Assembly: GCF_006345805.1 (NCBI RefSeq) | Contig: NC_043021.1 | Coordinates: 9,610,001-9,674,000 of the forward strand | Direction of reading: 5' to 3' | DNA: 64,000 bases | Origin: Octopus sinensis | Lineage: Eukaryota | In this document: positions 12,761 to 25,365 of the stretch, in pieces | Position numbering within the stretch: the stretch's first letter is position 1 | Layout: every line of letters begins with the position of its first letter | Made by a program: the position numbers and the translations under genes | The notes under the pieces: generated by a model | Seen by the model: the letters and a program-made list of their open reading frames with translations, nothing else | Database searches by the model: none | Told to the model about the DNA's origin: nothing

Positions 12761-12906
12761 AATACTGCAGGGTAGGTTTGGCAAGTTAGAAGATGAAACA
12801 GATTATTCGGGCTGGATATGGCCGGCCTAAATGATAAAGGGATAATCCAGGCATTTACCCCATCAATCATGTGTATGGATGGTGGTTATCTGAAAATTGA
12901 AGGCTT

Positions 12907-13330
12907 GGATCTTTTCGGTTTGAACGGCAGTTTTTTTCTGGCGGTGTCATATGAAATTGTCACCCATAATTATGACCCTAGTATCGATCTATTGCATTTC
13001 AATCTGTTTTAGGGTTAGGGTTAGTTAGGGGTGGGGAGAAGGGTATCTTTTTTCTTCAGAAATGTAAATAAATCCAATCTGTTTCTTAAACGAGGGGCAT
13101 ATTCATACGGCACAGAATGTTTTCACCTCAAATAAACGTCAGTGATTGGTTGAAATTGCAGAAATTGAAGGAAAAAAAACAACAAATATCTTACAAACTA
13201 TAGAATTTTCTCAATAAAGCCGAAAGAAAAAGATGTTTTATAAACCCATTCTACCAGCATACGAATTTTAAAAGTGTTTAGTTACGTGGAAATTATTTTT
13301 AAAAAACTGCCGTTCAAACCGAAAAGATCC
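12907..13330. mobile_element. MITE with GG termini and 8-bp TSD (Merlin-type), subfamily 1
   Basis: TIR ggatcttttcggtttgaacggcagttttt; TSD gaaggctt at 12899-906 and 13331-338. Confidence 0.85.
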
Positions 13331-13522
13331 GAAGGCTTTTCTTAAGATCCCACTATGCTAGTAATCCAAAAATCCACAACACAGAGTATATTAATATATA
13401 TTCGAGGATAATCTGGTGCTTGACTTAAGAAAGGAAGTGCCCATGTGCACTTCCTTCACAGACCCTCTTAAAACTAGTAATAGCAATGCCCTTGCTTGGT
13501 TTTCCACTTGAATTACAAGGCT

Positions 13523-13995
13523 CAGCTGTGTGGTAAGACATTTGCTTCAAGACCACATGGTTCCTGGTTCAGTTCCACTGTGTGGCACCTTGAGCAAGTG
13601 TCTTCTACTATAGCCTCTGGCTGACCAAAGCCTTGTGAGAGAATTTGGTAGACAAAAACTGAAAGAAACCTATGGTGTGTGTGATTGTGTCTGTGTTTGT
13701 CCCCCACCACCACTTGACAACTGGTGTTGGTGTGTTTACATCCCCATAACCTAGCAGTTCGGCAAGAAGAGACCAACAGAATAAGTACTAGACTTTAATG
13801 GGGTCAATTCACTTGATTGAAATCTTTAAAGGCAATGCCTTAACATGGCCACAATGCCCTAACATGGCTACAATGTCCTAGCAAGGTCACAATGCCTTAA
13901 CATGGCCACAATGCCCCAGCAAGGCCACAATGCCCTAGCAAGGTCACAATGCCCTAACATGGCCACAATGCCCTAGCATGGCCAGTCTAATGATT
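13523..13995 (+). mobile_element. SINE A with a 19-bp minisatellite in its 3' end
   Basis: Similarity to the 6893 copy. Confidence 0.8.
13833..13984. repeat. 19-bp minisatellite x8
   Basis: Unit caatgccct(a/g)acatggcca and variants. Confidence 0.9.
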
Positions 13996-14014
13996 GAAAC
14001 AAGTGATAAAAGAA

Positions 14015-14335
14015 TTGTAGGGATAACATCAGCAGTGAGGGAATTCTTGAGGACCTTTGATCTGAAGAAGACAGGCTGAGTGTCATGGTTTGTGCAAGTC
14101 CTTGGAGGAAGTGAAGACAATATGAGTCAGAGGAGGAAGAGTGGAGCTTGAGTCACTAAGCCTGGGTGGAGGTGAAAGGAGACCAACCAGTTCTGAGTAC
14201 AGAGGCCATTGTTGTAGTAACAGTAGAAAAGTCAGAGCGAAAGGACAGCATGTCTGTGGGTGAGAATCTGGAATAGTTAGTGAGTGATTTCATGACAATC
14301 AGTTGGTGGCCTTGTAAGACATGCAGTCTAGAATA
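14015..14335 (-). mobile_element. Highly decayed LINE ORF2 C-terminal fragment (clade uncertain)
   Basis: Frameshifted pieces SL*LFYCYYN / YSELVGLLSPPPR / RTCTNH..QPVFF..LKNSLTADVIP resemble LINE ORF2 ends. Confidence 0.4.
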
Positions 14336-14343
14336 TCTGTATA

Positions 14344-14788
14344 CAGGTTGCCGTTGACTTACAACCTGTCCGACTTAAAACCGATCGACTTTGCAACAAT
14401 TGGCGCGCCAGCTCCCGGCAGCAATAATAGATAGTCCAGTTGAAATCTATTGGGTTTAATTTCTTAGAAATTGACCTGATGTCAGCTTACAAATGCTTCC
14501 CCTAGGTTTGGTTATCGATTTCCACTGTGGTTATCCCAAGTGTTTGATGAATATCCTGTCGCAGAGACATCAAGGCAACCTCGTATTTGTTTATAAGACA
14601 ACTGCTTGAAACTCCGAAATTTTTGACTAATGCCAGTATATTAGTATAATACAGAATGCTGTGTGACTTTTACCTGAGAAAGTACGTTAAGAATGTAAAA
14701 ATATAAAAGAAAGCTATGTGTAGGCCTATAGGCCAACTTACGACCAGTCACTCAGAACCAGTTGTGGTCGTAAGTCAACAATGACCTG
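14344..14788. mobile_element. Tigger-like MITE
   Basis: Imperfect TIRs caggttgccgttgacttacaacc / ggtcgtaagtcaacaatgacctg; TA flanks. Confidence 0.6.
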
Positions 14789-14914
14789 TATATATATACA
14801 TATATTTATTTATCTAGTTTCAGCTCACTAGCTGTGGCCATGCTGGGGCACCGCCATTTATGTATATATAAATTAAGCAGAAAATGGAGAATATATGGTA
14901 AATGGTGAATTCTT

Positions 14915-15140
14915 ATTTCTTATTTCTTTATTGCCCACAAGGGGATAAACATAGAGAGGACAGACAAAGGGATTAAGTCGATTACATCGACCCCAGTGCA
15001 TAACTGGTACTTATTTAATTGACCCCGAAAGGATGAAAGGCAAAGTCGACCTCGGCGGAATTTGAACTCAGAACATAGCGGCAGACGAAATACCTGTTTC
15101 TTTATTACCCACAAGGGGCTAAACATAGAGGGGACAAACA
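14915..15140 (-). mobile_element. SINE B (rearranged/partly duplicated)
   Basis: Similarity to the 10696 copy. Confidence 0.8.
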
Positions 15141-15551
15141 AGGTCAAGGATTTACGGTAAGCATTACATTTGACAGAGTAATCTGAATGCAGAACGGTTA
15201 ATCAAGACCTGACTTGATAAAGCAAACCAACTTGCCAGTAAATCATACAACTTCACCAATTCCTCAGTGTTTGGAAATCGGAGAGAATAATGTTGATTTT
15301 AAACCAAACAAAAACCCTATCAAAGCAATATCACCCAGATGTATCACCCTCCTATAAACTTTTCTTGAAAATTCCAGATTACCACCTAGATACTCCTTGG
15401 GAACTCACAATATAGATTCGGAGGTCTATACTCAGTACCACAATAAGGGCCAGTGAGAGCGACTCTATGTGGACATGCTAGAAATAGCAACCAAATCTCA
15501 CTCGCACATACTGTTGAATTAAATAAGGAAAGCGTACAAAGTACTCCATTA

Positions 15552-15912
15552 TAGGTGCAGGCATGGGTGGTAAAAAGTTTGTTTCCCAACCACATGCTTC
15601 TAGGTTCAATCCCTCTGCATGGTACCTTGGGCAAGTAAGTGTCTTTTACTATAACCTTGGGCTGACCAAAGTCTTGGTGTTGGACATTGACAGAAGCCTG
15701 TCGTGTGTGTGTGTGTTTGTCCCCCAATGCCGCTTGACAACTAGTGTTGGTGTGTTTACGTCCCCATAACTTAGTGGTTCAGTGAAAGAGACTGCTGGAA
15801 TAAGTACTAGCCTGAAAAAGAAAATTAGTACTAGAGTCAATAAGTTGGACTAAAATAATTCAATATGGTGCCCCAGCATGACCACAGCCTAATGACTGAA
15901 ATGAGTAAAAGA
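15552..15912 (+). mobile_element. SINE A (diverged)
   Basis: Similarity to the 6893 copy. Confidence 0.75.
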
Positions 15913-16089
15913 TACAAGATACCCCTAAAAAGGTTGGATAGTCAATGTTAGAATGCCTTTGATCATAGACCTGCCTGATCAGGGCTCTCCTAGGGTTAAA
16001 CAGCAAGAACATGATCACATTATTCACAAACCCCCAAATTCTACACAAAGACTATACAATGGCTCCAACAATTAAGAAAAATGCCCTTA

Positions 16090-16785
16090 ACTAGCAGTGA
16101 CGTCAGCAAAACTTGTAACTTCATTCCCTGCCACTAGTGCAGAGTTGAGGCATAAGCTAAAGAAAGCGCAGCTTAGGACCTCCTGTTGAGCTGGGAGATG
16201 ATCTGGTTCTTCTCTGATGGACACTTCTGCCAGAACCAGTTGCAAAATACCCAAAACAACAGCTAGCTTGCCTTCAATCCATGCGATGTCCAATGTATCA
16301 TGAAAACAAAGTTCTCCCAAACTGATGGCCTTTGGGTCTGTCTCCAGTGAAGGGTGACCTTCATACTGCCCCACATCTTTGAACAAGGCCTTTGGCTCAA
16401 TTCAGACAGCTTTGCGAGGCTGCTGGAGACTGTGGTCAAACTGTGGCTGGAGAAAGGATTACTGCTGGAAGGCCATGTGTGTGGTAGCTGGATTCAGCTC
16501 CTTGGAAAGAGTCAGAAGTGGTTGTTGGAGAATTTCTAGAACTTTCACCAGCCTCAATTTCTGGCCTCCTAACTTCCCCCCATTCCTGATTGTAATCCCA
16601 TAGATCACTAAGTGTGGCTGAGAAAGACACCAGCTGCTCTGCCTGCAATACCAAGTCAGAGCTTGGTAACCAAGATCAAGGAGGTGTTTGAAGATCTTCC
16701 CAAGAACACAGTGAGGACTGCATGCACCAGGTTCCAGAGCCGTCTTCAGGCCATGGTGGAAGCTGAGAGTAGCTATTTTGAGTAA
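16090..16785 (+). mobile_element. Tc1/mariner transposase pseudogene, maT/DD37D-like
   Basis: WFFSDGHF..QNTQN..MKTKF..LPHIFEQGLWLNSD..LLETVVKLW..QKWLLENF..FWPPN(S)PDCNPIDH*VW..ACTRFQSRLQAMVEAESSYFE*; TIRs not identified. Confidence 0.75.
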
Positions 16786-16814
16786 ACCGTTTATCTCTCC
16801 CGGCTGTTTACTCT

Positions 16815-17200
16815 TTACTCTTTTACTTGTTTCAGTCATTTGACTGTGGCCATGTTGGAGCACCGCCTTTAGTCGGGCAAATCAATCCCAGGACTTATTC
16901 TTTGTAAGCCTAGTACTTATTCTATTAGTCTCCTTTGCCGAATCACTAAGTTACGGGGACATAGACACACTAGCATTGGTTGTCTAGCGATGTTGGGAAA
17001 CACAGACACACAAACATATACACACACACACACACACATACTTATATATGACGGGCTTCTTTCAGTTTCCATCTACCAAATCAACTCACAAGGCTTTGGT
17101 CAGCCCGAGGCTATAGTAGAAGACACTTGCCCAAGGTGCCACGCAGTGGGACTGAACCTGGATCCATGTGGTTCTTAAGCAAGCTACTTACCACACAACC
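16815..17200 (-). mobile_element. SINE A
   Basis: Similarity to the 6893 copy. Confidence 0.88.
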
Positions 17201-18449
17201 ACTCGTTGATCTCTTAAGATACTTTTATTTTTGGATGGTATATTACGTTTTCTCTTCCTTTTATGCAAACTTGTCAAACTTAACCCAAGCACCATGTATA
17301 TACATGTGTGTGTGTATGTGTGTGTTCGTTTCTCTCTTTGTTTTGCTTCTGTCAATCCTTGGTGGCTTTTAGCAAAAATGTAACTAAATATTCTTATATA
17401 AAATATGGAAATTTCCATGCTATATGAAATGTGTACATGGACGTTAACAAATTGTTTTTATATGCCATCCCAGCTTCGCATATGCCTGTGTCGGCTGCTC
17501 AGAATTCGTAGATCAAATTTCAGCTCATTATGTGAAAACAACCGTTCGTTATTCAATTTGTTTGTTTGGAGAACCGTTTGTATATGGGTGGATGTATCAT
17601 TGTATACGCCCATATAAGTGCATGTGTATTAATAAATGATTATCTTAATTGCCTGATTAAGAAAGCCGTGGCTATAAGAAGACTCAATGCATTTTAATGT
17701 AGACTTAAGATATTTTATTTATACAAAAGACGTACACTTGTACGAACGTTTTAATACTAATGGATGCTAGTCTATTAGTTTCTCATCATGGGCTCGTGTA
17801 TTTATATATGTCAACATATGTATACACATATACGTGTGTGTGTGTGTTGACATATTTTATAGTAATATCATCCCTACCTCAGTAAAATATCGGGTCTTCA
17901 TCCAGTTTATAATTGGATGTTTTATTGACTCTGTGTGGTGTGGTGGGGGTGGCGATAGGGGCAGAATCGGCTTAAGGTTTGACCCTGAGTCGGGGGAGCA
18001 AGTTTGAATCTGTTTGAAATCTGTTCAATGGAATCTTAACTGGAATTTCACTGCTAAAGGTTTACATAGCCAACTGGATTATGGTTGTAGCGCGTGATGG
18101 TGGCGGCGGTGGTTGAGGCTGTAAACTTGGCGGGGTTGGCAGTAGGGTAGGGTTGGGTGACATACTGAAATGGTGTGAGATGAGGAGGAGGAGGAGGAGG
18201 AAGAAGGAGACTGTGTAGGGAATCGTGGCGGCGGCGGCGGTGGTGGTAGAGAAGGGAGACTGAATTTTTTTTTTATTTTATTGCTTCTGTATATATTTTT
18301 TCCACACGAATCATGACATACTTTCACTCATTTGTACGTACATACGGTATGCTTTTACTCGCTCAATGTACACATACGCACATAAACATTCATTTATTAC
18401 TCTCATAATGTCTTCAGATTATCTCGGGGGTTTCTCACATCACCATCTT

Positions 18450-18670
18450 CCCTCTCTCTCTCTCTCTCCTCTTTATTCCCCCTCTCTCTCTCTCCTCTTT
18501 ATTCCCCCCTATCTCTCTCCCTTCTCTTTATTCCCCCCCCCTCTCTCTCTCTCCCTTCTCTTTATTCCCCCTCTCTCTATCTCCTTCTCTTTATTCCCCC
18601 TCTCTCTCTCTCCTCTTTATTCCCCCTCTCTCTCTCTCCCTTCTCTTTATTCCCCCTCTCTCTCTCCTCA
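18450..18670. repeat. CT-rich minisatellite ((CT)n-ctttattcccc units)
   Basis: ctttattcccc recurs about 7 times. Confidence 0.85.
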
Positions 18671-19092
18671 CTTCGTTTCTCTAGTTCCGTGCCCCCCTCA
18701 CACACACATGCTCGCACGCGCAGCTTTGTCTCTTTCTCTTTCTCTTTTCCTCTCTCGCTCCCCGTAGTATTTACTCTCCCTCTCTTTCGCTCTTGTATTC
18801 ACTCCCTCTGTAACTTCACAATCACACGTTCCGTCTCTCTCTCCCGAAGTTTCAAACTGTTTAGTTAAAAAACAAAAAAATTTAATCTGTGACTGAGATT
18901 GAAAAGGTCCTTTCTTCCATATTTCCGTAGCTTGCTCTCAGCTTTCCGTCTCCCCGTCCCTCACACTCTCCTTATCAGCCAACGGGGGAAAGCCCCTATG
19001 TGGTAACACTACCTGCCAGAAATAGGAGTCAAAACATCCCGTGGATCCCTCTTCCCTTTTTTCAATAGGGACCACATTATTCGATAATGTGG

Positions 19093-19419
19093 GGATCTTT
19101 TCCTTTTGATGGACGGAATTTTCTAGTTGACTAAACAATTTGAAACTTCGTATACTGGTAGAATGTGTCAAAAGAAAACAATATTGTAAACAAAATTGTA
19201 ATTTGTAAGTTTAACATAGTTTAATTCTTCGAATTTTAATCAATGAAATGCGAGCATTTGAGCTCAAATCATTTGCTGCGTTATCGATATTAATAAAGAA
19301 ACATAGCAGACGCACGCCGCATACATACACACACACACACACACACATATTCAGATAGATACACACGTACACTTGCACACACACACTCGAAAATTTCGTC
19401 CATCAAAAGGAAAAGATCC
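19093..19419. mobile_element. Merlin-type MITE, subfamily 2
   Basis: TIR ggatcttttccttttgatggacg(g/a)aattttc; TSD taatgtgg at 19085-92 and 19420-27. Confidence 0.8.
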
Positions 19420-19864
19420 TAATGTGGTCCTGGCTGAAATGCCTTCGGTCATAGACAGCTTGCTTAGTCAGGAACTGTCCTGTGGCTAAACCACACAAAT
19501 TATTTATCTTTCTGGGTCTTGTTCACGTTCTTTCAACCACTTGAAGTTTTTCAAATTTTCAACATATTACTTTCGAAAATTTATAGTTCTGATGTAGTTT
19601 ACATGTTGGTGACGAAAATAGCATTTTTTTCTAGAAATTAATTTTAAAAAATTCAAGCATTTAAATTCATTTAATTTTAGCCAATCTGAAGCCTCCATTG
19701 CCGGACATACAAGTCGTATCTGCTTGTCCTAGGGGACTGGCGCACAAAACTTTCACGTGGTTTCTTGACCAGCTTGAAATAGCAGTCAAATCTTCCTTAG
19801 ACTACACCATAACGGCTATAAAAAAAACTGTCTCTTTTTGTTCCCTCTTCCATTGTTTTTTTAA

Positions 19865-20180
19865 ATTTTATTTGTTTCAGTCATTTGACTGCGGCCATGC
19901 TAGAGCATTACCTTTAGTCGAACAAATCGGCCCAGCACTTATTCTTTGTAAGCCTAGTTAGTACTTATTCTATCGGTTTCTTTTGCTGAACCACTAAGTT
20001 GCGGTGACGTAAACACACCAACATCGGTTGTCAAGCGATGATGGGGGGGGGACAAACGCAGACACACACACACACACATACATATTTACACGACTGGCTT
20101 CTTTCAGTTTCCATCTACCAAATCCACTCACAAGGTTTTGGTCGGCCCGAGGCTATAGTAGAAGACATTTGCCTAAAGGT
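19865..20180 (-). mobile_element. SINE A (5'-truncated)
   Basis: Similarity to the 6893 copy. Confidence 0.85.
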
Positions 20181-20305
20181 ACCATGCAGCCCAATTGGAA
20201 ACCTCCTTTCCTGGACATACCAGAAGTCGTGACTGCTTGTCTCCATGGGAACCGCACAAAAAGTTTTACGTGGTCTCTCAACTTTTTAGAAATAGCAGCC
20301 AAATT

Positions 20306-20717
20306 GGATCTTTTTGGTTTGAACGGCAGTTTTTTAAAATAATTTCCACGTAACTAAACACTTTTAAACTTCGTTTACTGGTAGAATGTGTTTATAAAAC
20401 ATCTTTTTCTCTTGGCTTTATTGAGAAAATTCTATAGTTTGTGAGATATTTGTTGGTTTTTTTTTCTTCAATTTCTGCAATTTCGACCAATCACTGACGT
20501 CTATTGAGGTAAAAAACATTCTGTGCCGTATGAATATGTCCCTCGTTTAAGAAACAGATTGGGTTTATTTACATTTGTGAAGAAAAAAAAGATACCCTCC
20601 CCCCCACTAACCCTAACACAGATTAAAATGCAATAGATCGATACTAGGGTCATAATTATGGGTGACAATTTCATATGACACCACTAGAAAAAACTGCCAT
20701 TCAAACCGAAAAGATCC
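20306..20717. mobile_element. Merlin-type MITE, subfamily 1, inverted relative to the 12907 copy
   Basis: Same TIR; TSD gccaaatt at 20298-305 and 20718-725. Confidence 0.85.
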
Positions 20718-21661
20718 GCCAAATTTTTCTTAAACTACCCCATAAGAAAGAAATTTCTTAAAAATAAAAAAAAAGACAAGATCCCCACCCCCCGCCTTGT
20801 TTCCTCCTCCTCCACCTCCTCTTCTCAACCACATCTTCCTAGATGTTCTGTAAACAATAAATGAACTTGGTTAATATCTAATCTTTCTCTATCTCCCACT
20901 CCTACAAATCCCCTGCTCCTTCATCTAATCACACAATTTCCTCAGAAACCGTTTATTATTATTACCTTTTAAGAGCTCCCTTAATGACTGGTATTGTAAA
21001 ATTATAGGAGGTTGGTGAGGTGAAGGGGGATCAAGCACCTTCTCGGCTCCCCCACCCCCTCTTATTTTCCTGTTGAAATTATCCTATTACAGTGTCTCCT
21101 CTCACCAACCCCTTCACTATTCATCCCTCCCTTTTTTTTTTCTTACTCCCACCCCCTCTCTTCTGCTTTTCCCTGCTGCTACCATTCAAGTGCTGCAGAA
21201 TTTACCATATTGTGTGAAAGAGGTCTGTCTGTCTGACTCCTTTCTCCTCTTCTCACACTCTCTCTTAATGTCAGGAAATGTTTTTCAATTTGAGAATTCA
21301 TTACATTTGACAGTTTTTGAAGAATACATCTTCCTCTCTTCAGCTGCCTTCTTTATTTCCTAATTTCACCCTCTCCCCCTCTCCCACCTCTCTCCTTTCA
21401 TCATTCCTTACACTATCTTGCTTTGCCTACACTCGCACACCCTCACCTCTCCCCCTCATTTGACCCTTCTTCCCAGACAGACCCTAAAGCAAGATGGTGA
21501 GATCTTGTTACCCCATCTGCCCTCCTCTTTCTGCACCCTCAAACTTTTGGCATCTATTTGAAGATAAACTGCTTTTTTTTCTTTTTATTGTGTCTGGGGA
21601 GAGTCTTACTGTTTTAGTGCCTTATTAATTTAACACGCACCCACCGGGTCTGATTTCCACT

Positions 21662-22027
21662 ACTCTCTTTACTCTTACTCTTTACACTGTTTCAGTCATT
21701 TGACTGCGGCCATGCTGGAGCACCACTTTTAGTACTTATTCTATCGTCTCTTTTTGCCGAACCGCTAAGTGACGGGGACCTAAACACACCAGCATCGGTT
21801 GTCAGCATGCTAGGGGGACAAACACAGACACACAACACACACATATACATATATACATATATACGACAGCTTCTTTCAGTTTCCGTCTACCAAATCCACT
21901 CACAAGGCATCGTTCGGCCCGGGGCTATAGCAGAAGACACTTGCCACAAGATGCCACGCAGTGGGACTGAACCCGCACCGTGTGGTTGGTTAGCAAGCTA
22001 CTTACCACACAGCCACTCCTGCGCCTA
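21662..22027 (-). mobile_element. SINE A
   Basis: Similarity to the 6893 copy. Confidence 0.88.
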
Positions 22028-22269
22028 TTTTACTTTATTTTTACTAAAATTTTCGTTGCATCTTGCAACCTTTGAAATTAGTCGTTGATTCTGTCCATTA
22101 TTGGAACTGTGTTTTTTTTCTTTGTTTGTTTGTGCACATACACATATGTATGCATGTGTATGTATGTGTGTGTATGCATATATATATATATGTATGTGTG
22201 TGTATGCATATATATATATGTATGTGTGTGCACATTTGTATGTATTCTGCATATACATGTGCTTGTGTA

Positions 22270-22660
22270 CCTTTTACTCTTTTACTTGTTTCAGTCATTT
22301 GACTGTGGCCATGCTGGAGCACCGCCTTTAGTCGTGCAAATCGACCCCAGGACTTGAACTTTGTAATCCTAGTACTTATTCTATTGGTCTCTTTTGCCGA
22401 ACCGCTAAGTTACGGGTACATAAACACACCAGCATCGGTTGTCAAGCAATGTTGGGGGGACAAATACAGACACACAAACACACACACACACATATATACG
22501 ACAGGCTTCTTTCAGTTTCCGTCTACCAAATCCACTCACAAGCCTTTGGTTGGCCCGAGGCTATAGAAGACACTTGCCCAAGGTGCCACGCAGTGGGACT
22601 GAACCCGGAACTATGTGGTTGGTAAGCAAGCTACTTACCACACAGCCACTCCTGCGCCTA
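22270..22660 (-). mobile_element. SINE A
   Basis: Similarity to the 6893 copy. Confidence 0.88.
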
Positions 22661-22928
22661 TCACATGTGTATTCATGTGTGTGTGTGTTCGTGTTTGTAT
22701 GTATGTGTGTGTATCTATCTCTGTCTCCTTGTGTGTGTCTATGTATGAGTTTGTGTGACTATATAAACTGTGAGTATTGGGGTATGACACTTATGTGTAT
22801 TTCCTATTTAGTCCTGTGATAGCTGACATCTCTCACTTGCAACTGCTTCCTATTCCTCGATATAAAAAAAAAGACATTCAGCCCCCCACACACACACATC
22901 TCTGCACCCTTTTAGGTCTAACAAGTTC

Positions 22929-23490
22929 AGTAGTATTTATCTCCACTTAAACACAGATGTTCTGCTACAACAAACTTTACTGCAGTATTTATCATGAGAA
23001 AAACTCTCATATTGGCATTTTGGTGCAAAATGACCTCATTTATATTGCTAGAAGGGAGATAAATCCCTTCCACATCCAGCACCAAGACCACCAGATCACA
23101 TGGTTTCAACCTTTGGTCTCATCAGTGATGGATGTTCAACCACTAGAGATAGCAGCGACTCATCTCCCTGCCAGTGATATATAGAATAACAGTACCAAAA
23201 CAGGCACTGGTGTCATGATTAGCCAGTGAGCTTGTTGGAAAATATATATATTAGTGACAAAAGCCATATTAATACTAAGAAGTAATATTTATCCCCACTT
23301 AAATGTGGATGTTCTATTAGAACAAACTATACTGTGGTAGTTACCATGAGAAAAACTCTTATATCAGCCTTTGGTGCAAAATGCACTTGTGTTAATATTG
23401 CTAGCAGGGAGATAACTCCCTGCCATCTCCAGCACCAAGACCACCTGATCAAGTGATTTTGACCTTCATTGATCTTATCAGTGATGGATG
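22929..23490. repeat. Diverged direct repeat of about 205 bp, period about 352 bp
   Basis: 22929-23134 vs 23281-23490 share long blocks (catgagaaaaactct, tttggtgcaaaatg, ccagcaccaagaccac, atcagtgatggatg). Confidence 0.75.
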
Positions 23491-24401
23491 AATCTAACAA
23501 GCTTTTAGATGAATATCTGTAGCTGCAAGGGGTGGCGTTTGGAAACCAACATGCCTAATTCATCTGGAATAGGGTAAGTTATCATCATCATCATCATTTA
23601 ACATCCATTGTCCATGCTGGCATGTTTTGGACAGCTTGACCAGAGCTGGCAAGCTGGGGAGCCGCACCAGACTCCATTCTGGTTTGGCATGGTTTCTACA
23701 GCAACAAGGATTGATACCAGTGTTTGTGTCACATATAAAGCACCCAGTGCACTCTGTAGAGTAGTTGTCGTTAAGAAGGGCATCCAGCTGTCGAAACCAT
23801 GCCACAACAGACAATGGAGCCTGGTGCAGCCTCTGGCCTTACCAGCGCAGGTTCAAACCATCCAGTCCATGCCAGCATGGAAAATGGAGGTTAATATAAC
23901 AATGTTGATGAAGAGGAGTTTTCTGTGTCTGTAGAAGCAAAATTTGTCTAAGCACACAATTCACAATTGATAGCAGATACTTGCTGCTTATGATGTGCGA
24001 AGACAGAAATCATGATTCAGCAATTCCACCATGGTTGATAGACTTCTGCCAGGGATGTGCCGCCTGGGTAAGTAAAGTAGGCAGTGCCTACCCTGAATGA
24101 AACAGATCGATAATAGCGTTTTCCTTTTATGGCAAAATATGCACCTAATTCAATAAAATTATGTAAGTGACTCTGATTATTATGCATAAAATGCAAAATA
24201 TATATATTTTTTGTAGATTAGGTAGACATGATTCGTCCCTGCCTTTCAATCTCAGCATTTAAGCTATGCATAGTACTGCTGTAGTACACATGCTGCGTAC
24301 ACTCCTACAACAATGTTTTATTTATGCACTATAAAGGCAGAAGTAAATCTGCTTCCAACTCAGTCACACACCTATGTTTCGCTTATTTTTTTGTGTTTTA
24401 C

Positions 24402-24780
24402 TAGTGTGGTAAGTAGCTTGCTAATCAACCACATGGTTCCGGGTTCAGTCCCACTGCGTGGCATCTTGGGCAAGTGTCTTCTGCTATAGCCCCGGGCCGA
24501 CCAATGCCTTGTGAGTGGATTTGGTAGACAGAAACTGAAAGAAGCCTATATATATATATATGTATGTATGTGTGTGTTTGTGTGTCTGTGTTTGTCCCCC
24601 TAGCATTGCTTGACAACCGATGCTGGTGTGTTTACGTCCCCATCACTTAGCAGTTTGGCAAAAGAGACCGATAGAATAAGTACTGGGCTTACAAAGAATA
24701 AGTCCCGGGGTTGATTTGCTCGACTAATGGTGGTGCTCCAGCATGGCCACAGTCAAATCACTGAAACGAGTAAAGAGTAT
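24402..24780 (+). mobile_element. SINE A
   Basis: Similarity to the 6893 copy. Confidence 0.88.
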
Positions 24781-24959
24781 AAATGTCACCAACTGCTTAC
24801 CCTGAGTAATTACTCATAGCATGTGCCTGACGTCTGCACTTTTTTAGCGAAATACATCTATACAAGAAGCTTTCTCGAGACGACTACTGCAGTTTTGTGG
24901 CTTTCAATAGTATATCGATGTGAAGATATAAAGAAGAACCTACACTGCTTCTGTTGCTA

Positions 24960-25119
24960 ATAGGCACAGGAGTGACTGTGTTGTAAGAAGCTTGCTTCCC
25001 AACCACATAGTGCTGGGTTCAGTCCCACTGCATGGCACTTTGGACAAGTGTTCTTGGGCCAACCAAAGCCTTGTAAGTGGATTTGATTGATGGAAACTGA
25101 AAGAAGCCCATCATATATG

Positions 25120-25152
<33 letters not shown>

Positions 25153-25365
25153 CTTTGTGGTCTCCGTCCCCCACCACTGCTGTTTGACAACCAGTGTTGG
25201 TGTGCTTACATCCCCATAACTTAGCAGTTCAGCAAAAGAGAATCAATAGAATAAGTACCAGGCTTCATAGAATGATAAGTACTGGGGTTGATCTATTCGA
25301 CTAGAAATTTTTCAAGGCGGTGCCCCAGCATGGCCACAGTATAATGTCTGAAACCAGTAAAAGAA
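24960..25365 (+). mobile_element. SINE A
   Basis: Similarity to the 6893 copy. Confidence 0.82.

Noticed and set aside
13011-13031. Telomere-like gggttagggttag
   Set aside because: Only two units, internal to a MITE; not an interstitial telomere array
23935-24068. Open 134-nt segment between AG and GTAAGT
   Set aside because: Unrecognised peptide, overlaps repeat-like sequence, and has no partner exons
24050-24240. Possible hAT-like MITE (caggga...tccctg)
   Set aside because: Inverted ends too short and no 8-bp TSD
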